Source of the DNA: Eledone cirrhosa
Lineage: Eukaryota
Assembly: GCA_964016885.1 (NCBI GenBank)
Contig: OZ024741.1
Span: 312,108,001 to 312,172,000, forward strand
Length of the DNA stretch: 64,000 nt
Direction of reading: 5' to 3'
The position numbers were made by a program, and so were the translations under genes. The stretch's first letter is position 1. Every line of letters starts with the position of its first letter. Below are positions 40,155-53,861 of this stretch, piece by piece. Below the pieces are notes generated by a model. The model worked only from the letters and a program-made list of their open reading frames with translations. It did no database searches and was not told the origin of the DNA.

Positions 40155-40160
<6 letters not shown>
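39368..40160 (-). mobile_element. Non-autonomous Helitron
   Basis: Minus 3' end cccgggtgcaaccgggctcagctgCTAG|t; 5' end inferred at the next (TA)n. Confidence 0.65.
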
Positions 40161-40228
<68 letters not shown>

Positions 40229-40810
40229 CGTTTCTGAATTTGTTTAGCAAAATTCTTTATCTGAAAACGTGTGTTGAAACCGATATTGTTATACTTTGGG
40301 AGGGTCATGTTGCCAATAAGAACAACACGCACCAGTTGCTTTCACTTCAATTTATTATAATACATTTATAAATTTCTACGGCTGGATGCCCTTCCTAACA
40401 CCAACCACGTTTACAGTATATATATATGTATATATATAATCAATAAAGAAAGGTTTTTAAATCATGTCCATCATTACTCATGGCATTTGTTTCTATACAG
40501 ATGAAAGACGTGTATTGACGCTTAAACAATGAAACAATCTGTTACAATTAATAATTATTCGCATAGTATTAATCTTCAAATGCATTTATTTGGAAGTGTG
40601 ACTGAATAAATTATTTCTTCACAAGTAGCAAGATTATAAGATTATAAGCAATCCATGGAATAATCAAGAGAAAAAATGGAAGAAGATAAATTGCAAATAT
40701 AGTGAAATATTATTTTCAGGCTTGAGACTTATAGCCATAAATCTTACAGCCATATATAGCACTCTAGAATGTGAAATCATTTAACTAAGCATGAAGACTT
40801 CTGCAAAAGT

Positions 40811-40920
40811 AATCCCGCCGAGGTTAACTTTGCCTATCATCCTTACGGGGTCGATAAAATAAAGTACCAGTAATGCACTGGTGAATTGCTGGCCTTGTGC
40901 CAAAAGTAGAAACAATTATT
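40811..40920 (+). mobile_element. 5'-truncated tRNA-like SINE
   Basis: aatcccgccgaggttaactttgcc...aaaagtagaaacaattatt. Confidence 0.85.
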
Positions 40921-41714
40921 GTTTATTCTTGTTACTCATAGATAAACGAAAATCTGAAGTTGAAATCATATTCACCATGATAGGAACAGCAGTTGTTATT
41001 ATAACAGTATGGGATTAATGGATTCAAATATAGCGTTGTTATTACGCCAATGGTGGTATTTTTACCCTTAAGCGACTGCTAAATTTATGTCCGGTGTTAC
41101 TACGTTAGCATAGCAAATTGCATTACTAGTGACTTAGAATAGTCCTTAGAATAGTATAATGAGTGTGAATTGCAGCTGTTGAAAGATATAGTGAACAATT
41201 AAGTAGATATGATAGACTTAAACATCCTTAAGTTCACTTATATCATATCATATCAAACCACTCCGAGATATAACCGTACCAAGCAAGTTAGAGGTGTAAA
41301 ATCTTAGACGGTAAACATAAGACTATGTTAGTATAACCGTCTGTAGACGCATAGCTTTAAAAACACGCAAGGATGGGCATAATAATATATAAACATGTAC
41401 GTACGTGTTTGAACATCCTCTTATGCATATACCCGTGAATATATGCAGATAGATAGGATAGGTGTACATGCACACATGCTAATACGAGGTACGAAATTTA
41501 GTTAGTACCAGTTAAAAGACACACACCCGTAATCACACGCCGTAGTGCATTTTGATTGTTATGCATTTATACATTTCAGTGAAGATGTCGAAATGAACCT
41601 GTCCTGATATCTAGGTAATAACAACAGTTAAAGTTAGGGTATGCTAGATAATGTAAGATTATATCTGTGCCTGTGCCTCGAATGTTTACTTTGGGAACAG
41701 CAGCTGTATCAAAT

Positions 41715-41901
<187 letters not shown>

Positions 41902-42046
41902 ATACTTTGGGAGGTGATGTTGCCAATAAGAAACACACGCACCAGTTCCTTTCACTTCAATTTACTATAATAAATTTATAAATTTAGGAATTTATAAATT
42001 CCCGGTTGGTTGGTTGGTTCCACAACCAGATGGTTGTTTATATATT

Positions 42047-42089
42047 GTCAAAGTTCTTTCGTCACACATTATGTGACCTCTTCAGTGAC
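42047..42089 (-). ncRNA. Minimal type I hammerhead, canonical core
   Basis: Minus strand: gtca-CTGAAGA-ggtcaca taatg tgtgac-GAAA-gaac-TT-tgac. Confidence 0.78.
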
Positions 42090-43228
42090 TGGGATTCTTT
42101 TTTTTTGTTTTTTGTGCCTCTCCTTTGTTCTGTCCTACGCCATCTTGTTTTTGTGTGTGTGTTGTGTGCTTAGTTTGCACATGTGTTACATCCGGGTGTC
42201 TGTGTGTGTTTATATTCGTTTATTTATTTGTTTATTTACATGTTCCTGGTTGGTTGTTTGTTCTATGTGCGTGTGTGTTTTCATTTTGTCCTTAATTATA
42301 AGTTGTGATGTTGCTGTTCCACTCGTGTTTTCTATTTAATTTTGGTTGTAATTCATTTATGTGTATTGCCTCTGTTATTTGTCTAAACATTGCGCCTTTT
42401 CTGTGTGTAGATTCTATTTTTATTTCTATGTTCTCTAATTTACCCTTATGTTCTATTTTAGCATGTTGGTAGAGTACAGATGATTCTGCCCGACAGTTCT
42501 ATACAAGCATGACAACCAATCTTGCCTCAAGTGGGACAATTCCCTTCTAAACCCATGCTAGCATGGAAAATAGACGTTAAACGATGATGATGAGGATGAT
42601 GGTATAATAGGTAAGTAGCATCTATTTGATATACCTTGGCAGCTTTCACCAGTATGACCTGTAGCACAACCATCTAACGATATTCCATATCGATTCTCAG
42701 CTAAAGGTACATCTCAGAGAGAGGTTTTATGTTTGTGTAAAAGCATAAACACAATTTTATAATATCTTATGTGCTTTTGTGTGAGTGTGTGTGTGTATGT
42801 ATATATATGTGTATATATGTGTGTATATGTATATATTATAAGGGTGTATGTATATGCATCATTACATATAGTGATTTAATGATTATTTCCATTGATCTTT
42901 TGCTCCAGGAAATTGTTGAGTGCTCCAAATCTGCTATAAGCATTTATACCCTTTTCTAAATATATATTTTTTTTATTTATTATTTGTCGTATTCCCAACT
43001 TTTTATTTTCATTTTTATTTGATTTTCATATATACAATATTTTTTTTATATATACAATATTTATTTTATATATATATATATAATAATTAGGTTCTTTCTC
43101 ATATATATATATATTTAGTTATATATGTATATGTGTGTGTGTATGTACGTATGCATACGTATGTGTATGTATATATGTGTGTGTAGGTATATATGTGTAT
43201 GTGTTTATGTATGTATGTGTATAATGTG

Positions 43229-43273
<45 letters not shown>

Positions 43274-43482
43274 AAGGAACGATCGACTTTCGTCAAATCG
43301 GACCGAGGGAACAATGTTTCCGTTGGTCTTTCCAATTGCTAATACTATCTATCGGTCGCAACTCCAGGTAGAAGGAGCAACGTGATGAGTTTTACACACA
43401 TATATATGTGTGTGTTTGTATTGGTATGTATGTGTTTGTGATATGTATGTATATCTATGTGTATATTTGTATGGTTATGTAT

Positions 43483-43516
<34 letters not shown>

Positions 43517-43741
43517 ATATGGTTGTACTGGGATACATGTTACCAGTAGCACCAACTGGTGACCTGACATACATATACATACATACATACACACACGTAC
43601 ATACATGCATATACATACAAATATACGCACATATATACACACACATAAACTGTACATACATTCACACAAACAAAAAATGTATGTTTGTGTATAGAGACAC
43701 ATGAAATGCATGTTTCTGTGTATATATATATATATGTATAC

Positions 43742-43861
<120 letters not shown>

Positions 43862-43939
43862 TTATGGATGTACAAAAAAATGTATATATACTCCAACAGC
43901 ATCCTAATGAAAGTGTGTGTATATTTTGGGTCAACACCC

Positions 43940-43987
<48 letters not shown>

Positions 43988-44097
43988 CATACACACACCA
44001 ACTAATGTACTTATATATGCATAAAAGTATGTTTTTATATATATATACAACCATACATACAAGTATATAAACACACACACATAATATATATATATAT

Positions 44098-44648
44098 GGG
44101 TCGTTGGCGACTAAACTGGCAACCCCACCAAGGTTTCTTGGTGAGGAGGGTGACTTTGGACATCCTGCAGGACTAAAAACAAAACCTGTCAAAGGGCAAG
44201 GGAGCTCTTAAGAGTCAATAGCCATCCAAAATCACCGGGAGAGATGACCCCTTAGCCTTTGTCAAGGCAGAATTCTAGGAGAAGGAAAACTCTGATATAA
44301 CACCTGCAACCCTGATGGTATCCAATGATGTTGACTTGTTCTTCTTTTTGGTAAATATCATCTTGGTTAAGAGAGTGGGACTGGCTTTGTGCAGTGCCTT
44401 TGCTCACTATAAAAGCTTCACAACACAGGCATTGCTTTATATCTGGAGATCTCTCTGCACTTGTCATCACATGGTACCATGGGCCGTGCACTATGTGTCA
44501 ATAATGGTCACAAGGGTAGTGTTTGTACCAGAGTTTTCAGGTCACTGGCTGGACTAAAAAGTCACACTCGTTCAGCGCATCAGTAGGGGTTCTCCTACAT
44601 GGATATAAAGTAGTGGCCGTACTCGAAAACGAGTTGGCAGCCACCATA
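44098..44648 (+). mobile_element. Short non-autonomous RTE derivative
   Basis: 3' part reads CTRVFRSLAGLKSHTRSAHQ* and ends tggccgtactcg..ggcagccaccat, matching 47390-47440 and 47667-47708; 5' part resembles an RTE 5' UTR (ggagaaggaaaactctgat). Confidence 0.6.
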
Positions 44649-45108
44649 TATAAATATATGTATGTGTGTGTATACATGTATATGTGAGTGTGTGTGTGTA
44701 CGTATTTGTGTATGTGAATGTATGTGTTTATGTATTTGTATATGTATATGTATGTGTGAGAGTGTGTGTATGTATTTATTTTTACGTATGTATGTGTACG
44801 TGGATTTGTGTGTATTGCTTACCACGTGTGTTTGTTCATTTATTTGTTGCCTGTATCGCTGTCAACATTATAATAGTCTTTATATTCATTTTTATGTTTT
44901 TATTATTATATATTTTTTCCTATATTTATTTGTGCGTCTGAGTATGTAGAGGTGTGTGTATATATTTCTATTTTTGTGCATGCGTATGTATGCGTGTATA
45001 TATGTGTGTATGTATGTGTATGTATGTACGTGTGTATATATGTATGATTGTGTGTATGTATGTATGTATGTATGTATGTGTATGTATATGTGTATGTATA
45101 TGTATGTG

Positions 45109-45151
<43 letters not shown>

Positions 45152-45248
45152 TGAAATTTCCGTTGGAAACAGAAAAGGTCATAGAAATGAAGAGTGCTCT
45201 ATGTAAGTATCAGAGCAAAATTTAATGTATAAAAATCAATACAATATA

Positions 45249-45326
45249 ATTACCTCATTACCAGAGGTTTCCCGAATGAGGCGAATACGAAATAAACGAC
45301 TTCATTCGTTCGTCAGACGAGGCAAT
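45249..45326 (-). ncRNA. Type I hammerhead, canonical core
   Basis: Minus strand: attgcctcgt-CTGACGA-acgaatga...tcattcgg-GAAA-cctctgg-TA-atgaggtaat; ~10-bp stem I. Confidence 0.85.
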
Positions 45327-46077
45327 ATAAAACATGGGCAAATACTTAGAAAAACACATCAAGAAAATCAAAAAAAGATATAGATAAATGAAATATAAAT
45401 TGAAATATATAAAAATCTATCAAGAAGTATAGTTAGGTGTGTGTATATGTATGTATATACGCCCACAGATGTGCATATATGTATATGTGCACATGTAAAT
45501 GTATAGTGAGAAAGTGTGCGTAATTCTAAAATATGTATCTATATGTCTGTATTATACAGACAGAAATGGTTACATCGTAAATATATGAATATGAAAATAA
45601 AAGCGCGCGCATAAAACGCCTGGACACTCGTACGCTTAGATGCGGAAAGAAAGGAGGTAAAGGGAGTGTAATAATTAAAAGAAAAGTATCAGTCTCGATA
45701 TATTTATAAAAATATAATAACGATAAATTAGAAAGAAAAGATATTAGAAAGAAAAAATTAAAGAAAACAAAAAAAGAGGGTACATACATACACAGACACG
45801 CGTGTCTCACAAAAGAAATATAAAAATAATTATGCTTATATACACACGCGCACTTACACTTCCATACGTTCGATACGTACATACACACACACACACACAC
45901 ATACTTATACTCACGCATATAAACCTGTTTGCATGCCCTCGTATGAAACTAAGTAAGTAAAAAAGAGGGAAGGGGGGGGGGAGAAGAAAAAAGGAACAAA
46001 ACATAAAACCGAGATGTCAAAAACACGGATATAAAGACACGTACACATACGCATAATATATATATCTCAGTAATAAA

Positions 46078-47440
46078 TGGAGTGAAACCGGGAGATATTC
46101 CAGCACTGACCCTGTTTGCCATATATTTTGCAATGGTTTTCTGTATTGCATTCAGGAATTGCGAGCATGGTGTTTACATCCGATATCGAACCTCAGGCAG
46201 CATATTTAACATCAGGTACTTTGCTGCAAAGACAAAAGTATTTACATCAATCATAAGAGACCTCTTGTAAGCAGATGATTGCGATCTTTTAGCGCACACA
46301 GAGAGTGATATGCATCACATTTTGAATGCATTTTCTGACGTTTGCACTGCCCTAGGATTGACTGTCAGTCTCAAGAAAACCGTCGTCATGTACCAACCTG
46401 CCCCTCGTAAGCAGTACAATGAACCAAATATGGTGTATGGTAAACGACTTGGAGTGGTTGTTCAGTTTGTCTACCTGGGAAGCACTGTCAATCGATACAG
46501 CAACCTTCATAGTGAAATCTCACTTAGGATTAGGAAAGCAAGTGATGCTTTCGGAAAGCTAGAAAGGCGACTCTGGGGTCGGCGAGACTTATGCAAGAAG
46601 ACAAAGGTAAAGGTGTACAAGGCATGTGTGCTCTCTTCTTTTCTTTATTCCTGCGAGACCTGGGTCACATATCTACACCACCTTAAGCAATTGGAGCGTT
46701 TCCATCAGATGTGTCTCAGACGGATCCATGGCGTTCACTGGAGGGACCACATCAGTGATGTCGAAATTTTGGAAAGCTCTATGTGTGACAGTATAGAAGC
46801 TCTTGTGCTTAAGCAACGACTCCGTTGGAGTGGTCACCTTGCCAGGATGAAGGTTTCTAGCATGCCAAAACAACTCTTTTATGGTCGATAAAAAAAACGG
46901 CCTCCACATAAACCAAAAAAGAGGTATAAGTATTCCTTGAAAGCCTCTTTGAAAGACGCTAACATCTCCGCTGATACATGTGAAAATATTGCTGCTGATC
47001 GTAATAAATGGAGAAAGACTGTATATGAGGGAAAAGTTGCCTATGAGGCATCTCGAATCGCATACGAGAAAGTAAAGCGGAATGTGAGGAAGAGCATTGC
47101 TGTTGCATTTCCAGACGGCGAGGGTCCTCCTATGCTGCTGACATGCAACGTCTGTGCGAGACTCTGCCTAGGCAAAGCTGGACTCGAAAGTCATCTTCGT
47201 AGTCATAAAGTAAGACCAGTGGTTGACTACCAGGCTGTTGTTGGAGATGCTACTCATCATGCTTGCCAAGCATGTGGTAGGGAATGTAAATCAGCAGGAG
47301 GGCTCAAACGACATGCAAAAGTACATGAACTCCAACCACAGCCGGCTATTCCCAGTGAATGTTTTGGCTGTCGACTCTGTGCAAGACATTTTAGATCATT
47401 GGCTGGGCTAAAAAGCCACATTCGATCGCAGCGCAGTTAG
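46078..47440 (+). mobile_element. RTE/BovB-like LINE, 3' half of the ORF with C-terminal C2H2 fingers
   Basis: GVKPGDIPALTLF, DLL*ADD, GLTVSLKKT, FVYLGST, LYSCETW, LRWSGHLARM, three CxxC-x12-H repeats; 3' UTR end at ~47660-47708. Confidence 0.88.
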
Positions 47441-47731
47441 TTGCTATCGTGTGTGTATGTGTGTGTATAGATATGTTTATGTGTGTGCGTGCGTGTGTGT
47501 ATATATATATATGTATATTATTATTGTTGTTGTTGTCGCTATTATTATTGTTGTTATTATTATTATTATTGTTATTAATATATATATATATACTAAACCT
47601 TTGTTCGTACTGCCTTTCTGTTTTGTTCCCGTTCCATTTTTCACTATATATATATTTTCTTTTTCTGGTGCAATGGCCATACTCAATAACGATGGGGCAG
47701 CCATCATTTATATATATATATATATGTGTGT

Positions 47732-47931
47732 NNNNNNNNNNNNNNNNNNNNNNNNNNNNNNNNNNNNNNNNNNNNNNNNNNNNNNNNNNNNNNNNNNNNN
47801 NNNNNNNNNNNNNNNNNNNNNNNNNNNNNNNNNNNNNNNNNNNNNNNNNNNNNNNNNNNNNNNNNNNNNNNNNNNNNNNNNNNNNNNNNNNNNNNNNNNN
47901 NNNNNNNNNNNNNNNNNNNNNNNNNNNNNNN
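47732..47931. other. Assembly gap (200 N)
   Basis: Run of n. Confidence 1.
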
Positions 47932-48112
47932 TATGTGTGTATGCATATATGTATATGTAAGTGTGTATACATGTATGTTTGCATATATATATATATATAT
48001 ATGTGTGTGTGTATACGCATGTATATGTATACACATGTATATGTGTATATATGTATGTATATATATCTCTCTCTCTATATATATATATGTATATGTATGT
48101 ATATATGTGTAG

Positions 48113-48190
<78 letters not shown>

Positions 48191-48536
48191 TATATGTGTG
48201 TGTATATATATATATATGTGTGTTTGTGTATATATATATATATATTATATATATACATGTATTTGAATGTGTGTGTGTATGTAATGTATATATATATATA
48301 TATATATATATACGGGGTAACAATTATTGTTTATAGGTAGTCTACTTAGGTGTAGTCCAGTTATGGTACTCCGGGTAGTGGATGATATCAACGCTTGGCT
48401 AAGTTTGACTCTCAACAAAGCGTTTTCCATAGTGATGCTGCGAGGTACGCTGTAATTCCTATGTTGTAAACACTTGGAGTAATGATAAATCAGGAAAGAA
48501 GAGTGACACGGTATTCTATACAAAAAAGGTTTTTAA

Positions 48537-48657
48537 TCTCATTGCTGACAATTGTTTCTCTGAACTGGTAGGTCTAGAGATCGCTACCCGCTTATTTTCA
48601 CGTTATTCGATTACCAATACAAAGTTATTACCAGTCAATTCATCGGAGCTTGTGAGA
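48537..48657 (-). ncRNA. Type I hammerhead with long stem II insertion, U4 mutated
   Basis: Minus strand: tctcacaagct-CCGATGA-..actggt...accagt..-GAAA-CAATTG-TC-agcaatgaga. Confidence 0.6.
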
Positions 48658-48709
48658 ATGAAAAGAATATACAGGCATGGCTACTATATATAGTAGTAAT
48701 GGCATTAAG

Positions 48710-49365
48710 CCCTACTGTGTTCCGCAACCATCGTTGTCCTTTTGTTCAACACTGACAAAGGAATGATGAACTAGTTTCAAACTTATTAGCCTTCGTCAGT
48801 ACCGTATACCTTCCTGTCAGATGATTGAAGGTTTGAAAGTATATACTTTCCTTGTGCATATTAACGGCCGAGCAGCCTAATTTGCATATCGAGTGTGTTA
48901 GTCGGCCGGGCGTACCGAAAACGGTAAATGGAAAAGAATGAAATAAAATTACATTTCTCACTCTTAGTACGGCTGATACCTAAATATAAGTATGTATAAC
49001 GTACATACATATATGTATACAGACGTAAAGTAGTATGTATATATATACATACATGCACACATATATATATGTACGTATGGGTTTACCGAATATTTATTAA
49101 AATGTTCGGTTTGTTTGTAAACAAACAGCCCAAATTAAGCCGTACAGTGTTTGGAACATATCGTTGCCCTTTTGTTCAACACTGACAAAGGAACGATGAA
49201 CTAGTTTCAACCTTATTAGCTATCGTCACAAACCGAACGTTATAATAAATGTTCGTTAAACCCATACGTACATATATATATATATATATGAGCATGTATG
49301 TATATATATAACATACTACTGTACGTCTGTATACATATATGTATGTACGTATACATACTTATATA
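48710..49365. mobile_element. Rearranged copies of a hammerhead-bearing short repeat family
   Basis: Minus copies 48710-48960 and 48985-49228, plus-strand inverted tail 49228-49365; homologous to 57385-57790; hammerhead CTGACGA..GAAA-CTAG-TT at 48763-48805 (minus). Confidence 0.75.
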
Positions 49366-50146
49366 TACATATATACATATATACATATATACATATATAT
49401 ATAATTAGAGTATGGGGTTAACTGCACATTATTGTCTGTCGGTTTTGAACCAGATAAAAAGAAGCGCTCGACGACCTGCATAAATGGTGCAAGCCGCACC
49501 ACTATATATTAATAAAAGATAATCCTCAGCGAAATATGTATAACGGAGTTTAATAAACCTGAATCAACTGAATATGGCCTCCGATCTTTTATTAATATAT
49601 ATATGATGGCTGCAACTTGATTTCGAATAATGACATCGCTTGATACTGAAGCATGTGCATCACAGACATGGCTTTTCAGTCATACTAGGGACTTGCCTAT
49701 CGCCAGCAATACCATGCAACACAAAAGATATCACTTACCAAGCGATACCTGTGCTTGAAGCTATTTTAAGCGACGAAAGGCTTTGCACGGAGCCAATCCC
49801 ACTCTCTGAACTTCGAATGCATTTGACCAAAAAGTAGAACTGGTCTACATCATTCGCAGGGTTTATATGGGAGTGACCTTAATGAAGACTAGGAGTCTCT
49901 CGATCCATTATATATATATACTAGCTGTTTAACCCGGTTTTACCCGGGAGATTTGATTCACTGATAAGAATTCAACTTCTTTTCTCCACCAACAGACCTA
50001 CAACAATCACAAAAATGGAACACGAAAAACAAAAAATATTAAGAATAACAAACCGAAATCCTAATAAATTTACTGTCAAATAAGGTTGAAAACAGAAATA
50101 TGATTTTGAAGTGAAAAAACAACTACCTGAATGACAGCCATATCAA

Positions 50147-50679
50147 CTGCTTATTGTAGTTAAATAAACTAATGAAATGCAAAGTATGCTTTATTAATTT
50201 GAATGTGTTGTTTATGCAGTAGAAGTCTGCTTAGAACGCGCAAAACATCAAATCTCGTAATCGAGCGTTCACGATACTGACGTGACGGTGAAAGTCGGAC
50301 TTCCCTTTGGCTAGCTGTTTCCTTGTAAAATAAAGACAAAATGGTCTATCTGAACATGTTAAGTATGATCGAGAAAGCCAAACAAATTCTCTTATTTCCA
50401 ATCATTTTCATGTGGTCTTGCATGAGTTACTGCTAAGTGTTCTATCTCAGAGACGGAAATGTTTGTAGAAATCCGAACCAGCCGAATGCAACCCATTTAA
50501 CTGCTTATTGTAGTTAAATAAAGTAATGAAATGCAAAGTATGCTTTATTAATTAGAATATGTTGTTTATGCAGTAGACGTCTGCTTAGAACTGTATTGTA
50601 ACTTAAATAAACTAATGAAATGCAAAGTATGCTTTATTAATTTGAATGTGTTGTTTATGCAGTAGAAATCTGCTTAGAA
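50147..50679 (+). repeat. ~85-bp repeat, three copies
   Basis: ttaaataaactaatgaaatgcaaagtatgctttattaat...tctgcttagaa at ~50150, ~50505 and ~50595. Confidence 0.85.
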
Positions 50680-50797
50680 GTGTATTGTCAACTTAAGAAT
50701 GAAATAAGTTACGAAGAAAACTCACGTGTTATTAAGAGAACAGAATGTACTCAAGTGAAAACCACGCAAAAAATCAAATCCCCTAATCAAGATATCT

Positions 50798-51195
50798 GTA
50801 GTGACCTACATTCCGCGGGCTCACATACATTCTCTGTGCGTGATTTGGCTCAGCCCAGCCAATCAGCGCCAGTAGAAGAGGATGTATCCCTACGCGTCCT
50901 GAGGGAGAAATTACCCGCAAAGATTTGAAGAATCTCTCTCTCGCACCAGGAACTTCGAACCAGCAACACGTACATGTGACGGTGAGATTTTACACCTTAG
51001 CCTGCCGGCCTTCCGGCGCAATGGCAGATTCCCTTTTGTAACCTCATTTTTATGTGTAACTTCAACCATACAAGTTAACCAACATTATTTGTTCTACAAC
51101 AAAAATAAACATACATTTCATCTCTAATTTGTGCTGTTGACATCATAATTATGTTACTTGTTTCTCAATAACATTTATTATCCATGCTGCTAAAT
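50798..51195 (+). repeat. ~400-bp internal duplication (second copy 52740-53530 with two SINEs inserted)
   Basis: gtagtgacctacattccgcggg...ccatgctgctaaat present twice. Confidence 0.88.
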
Positions 51196-53028
51196 TGATG
51201 ACCGACGTAAGAATTTTACGCAGCCTTTTTATTCAGTTGAACTTCACTGTTATTACCACACTGGTGACCTGACGTGAGGAATATTGTAAATACAAAATAT
51301 TCCTTTTAAAATAAAAAAAAAATTAGCAGTATTTGAAAAACCTTTCGCCACGAGGAAATTTCAAAATGGCTACCGACAAGTCCTGTCTACAACCAACAAC
51401 AACAACAGCAGCAGCAGCAGCAGCGACAACATTGTTTAACCACTAACCAACAACAGGGAATAGTGATATGGCAGCTTCATAGCCTTACCGACGCAACCAC
51501 CACACATCATATTGTTTACTTCTATGCTTTCACATGTATTTTCAAAATTATAGCCCGGAGACATTTTTTTTTCTTTCGATACGGCTTCCCGCAATACAAA
51601 CAAGCAACACAACCTTATGTCACACAAGGTGGCAGGACGGTAAAATGGCCACGAAAACTCTCAAAAACAATATAGATCTAACCCCTAGTGGCATTAACAA
51701 ACTTCTTTTTCAGTTTTCAGATAGAACTAGTTTCAGAAAGTCTGTACACTGGTGATGTGTGAACTATTTGACTTTGAAAAACTTTGAACTTATCATTGAG
51801 CATTAATTTCTCTGCTCCCTTATATTGACTTTGAATTGTCAGTTTGTTACATTCACATATTTCTTTGTAAAATGCATTTACTTGTTTTGTGCTCTTTTGC
51901 TATTTGCTTGCTCATGGGTTTTATTCATTCACATTCTTTGCTGTTTTACATGCCTGCATATGCACACATTTCTTTGTCACCTACTAACATGTTGTTCTTA
52001 GTATATGTTCTTCAAACGTAATATTCTGCGAGATCCCTTTTCACCTGGTTGAGGTGCCGTCACATGCTAGCGACTCATAGAGCTTAATTCACCTGGATTC
52101 AAACAGGCACCGCAACACGAGAATGCTAGTTGTAGCTGAAATCAAACAGTTTCGCATCTCGTTGCACACTCATCGTCCATAACAAGCTCTATCTTGTTAT
52201 CTTACCCGATTCACTGGGAAAACAACAAATAGAACTGGACTTGTCAGCATTTCCACCACTTCTGAAGATTCGCCCGAATTATGGAATTTACACTGTAACC
52301 CACCTACAGATTCAGCTTGCTTTTTTTTCTTTTCAAAGCAACCAGCCATTTTGTCCTGGCTTCCTAGCACATTCGGCAATGCATCTGGGAGGCCAACATT
52401 TTCTCGCCTACCCATCATCTTCTTGCGAGCACTGGTAAACTACCATAATAGCTTCATCCACAGCTACTGGTACAACACTTACAATTAACATTTAATGCAA
52501 GAACAGCAACTTCGCCCATGTCAGACTTTATCCGTTTTCTGTTAGACCTTTGGTGGTCACGTATAAACTACAAAACAGCTAGTCATTCGACACAGCGGCT
52601 CAACACGGCCCTTGGCGCCTCATTTTTTTTTCTTGCATGCATTCTTCTGCTCAATTATTTTTTCACTGATGTGCTCTTTCAGCATTTGTTCTTGCTGATT
52701 CAATAATCTGTATCGACTTCCGTCTAGAAGGAGGGTAATGTAGTGACCTACATTCCGCGGGCTCACATACATTCCCTGTGCGTGATTTGGCTCAGCTCAG
52801 CCATTCAGCGCCAGTAGAAGAGGATGTATCCCTACGCGTCCTGAGGGAGAAATTTCCCGCGAAGATTTGAAGAATCTCTCTCTCGCACCAGGAATTTCGA
52901 ACCAGCAACACGTTCATGTGACGGTGAGATTTTGCACCTTAGCCTGCCCGCTTTCTGGCGCAATGGCAGATTCCCTTTTGTAACCTCATTTTTATGTGTA
53001 ACTTCAACCATACAAGTTAACCAACATT

Positions 53029-53212
53029 CGGTGTATTGGCAGTATCGGTAGAGAGTCGGACGCCATGCTTTAACGCAAAGAGTTACGGCCCTTTCCATGC
53101 TGAGTTCAAATCCCGCCGAGGTTAACTTTGCCTTTCATCCTTACGGGGTCGATAAAATAAAGTACCAGTAATGCACTGGGTAATTGCTGGCCTTGTGCCA
53201 AAAGTAGAAACA
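53029..53212 (+). mobile_element. tRNA-like SINE
   Basis: Near full-length family match. Confidence 0.88.
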
Positions 53213-53230
53213 ATTATTTGTTCTGCAACA

Positions 53231-53417
53231 GGGCGGTGAATTGGCAGTATCGGTAGAGGGTTGGACGCCATGCTTTGATGCATAGAGTTACAGCCCTTAC
53301 CATTCTGAGTTCAAATCCCGCCTAGGTTAACTTTGCCTTTCATCCTTACGGGGTTGATAAAATAAAGTAGCAGTAATGCACTGAGATAATTGCTGGCCTT
53401 GTGCCAAAAGTAGAAAC
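53231..53417 (+). mobile_element. tRNA-like SINE with 18-bp TSD
   Basis: TSD attatttgttct(g/a)caaca at 53213-53230 and 53418-53435. Confidence 0.9.
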
Positions 53418-53677
53418 AATTATTTGTTCTACAACAAAAATAAACATACATTTCATCTCTAATTTCTGCTGTTGACATCATTATTATGTTACTCGTGTCT
53501 CAATAACATTTATAATCCATGCTGCTAAATATCTATCAAAATATTTTTAATCCAATAACCAAGCGTTGAAATTTCCGTGGAAAAGGTTAAAAGAAAAAAA
53601 TAGTGCTGAATTACAAGGGAAAAAACTCTTTAAAAAAAACGAAAATGTTATCTCCCTTCGTTATTGGATCATTGAAT

Positions 53678-53861
53678 GGCGGTGGATTGGCAGTATCGGT
53701 AGAGGGTCGAACGCCATGCTTTCCAGCATAGTTACGTCCCTTTACGATCTGAGTTCAAATCCCGCCGAGGTTAATTTTGCCTTTCATCCTTACGGGGTCG
53801 ATAAAATAAAGTACCAGTAATGCACTGAGTAATTGCTGGCCTTGTGCCAAAAGTAGAAACA
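53678..53861 (+). mobile_element. tRNA-like SINE with 18-bp TSD
   Basis: TSD gttattggatcattgaat at 53660-53677 and 53862-53879. Confidence 0.9.

Noticed and set aside
46937-47440. Host C2H2 zinc-finger gene
   Set aside because: Continuous with LINE RT motifs and followed by the LINE 3' end
50147-50679. CRISPR-like array
   Set aside because: Repeats ~85 bp, no regular unique spacers, no cas genes, eukaryotic context
53678-53770. tRNA gene
   Set aside because: A/B boxes present but no cloverleaf; it is the head of a TSD-flanked SINE
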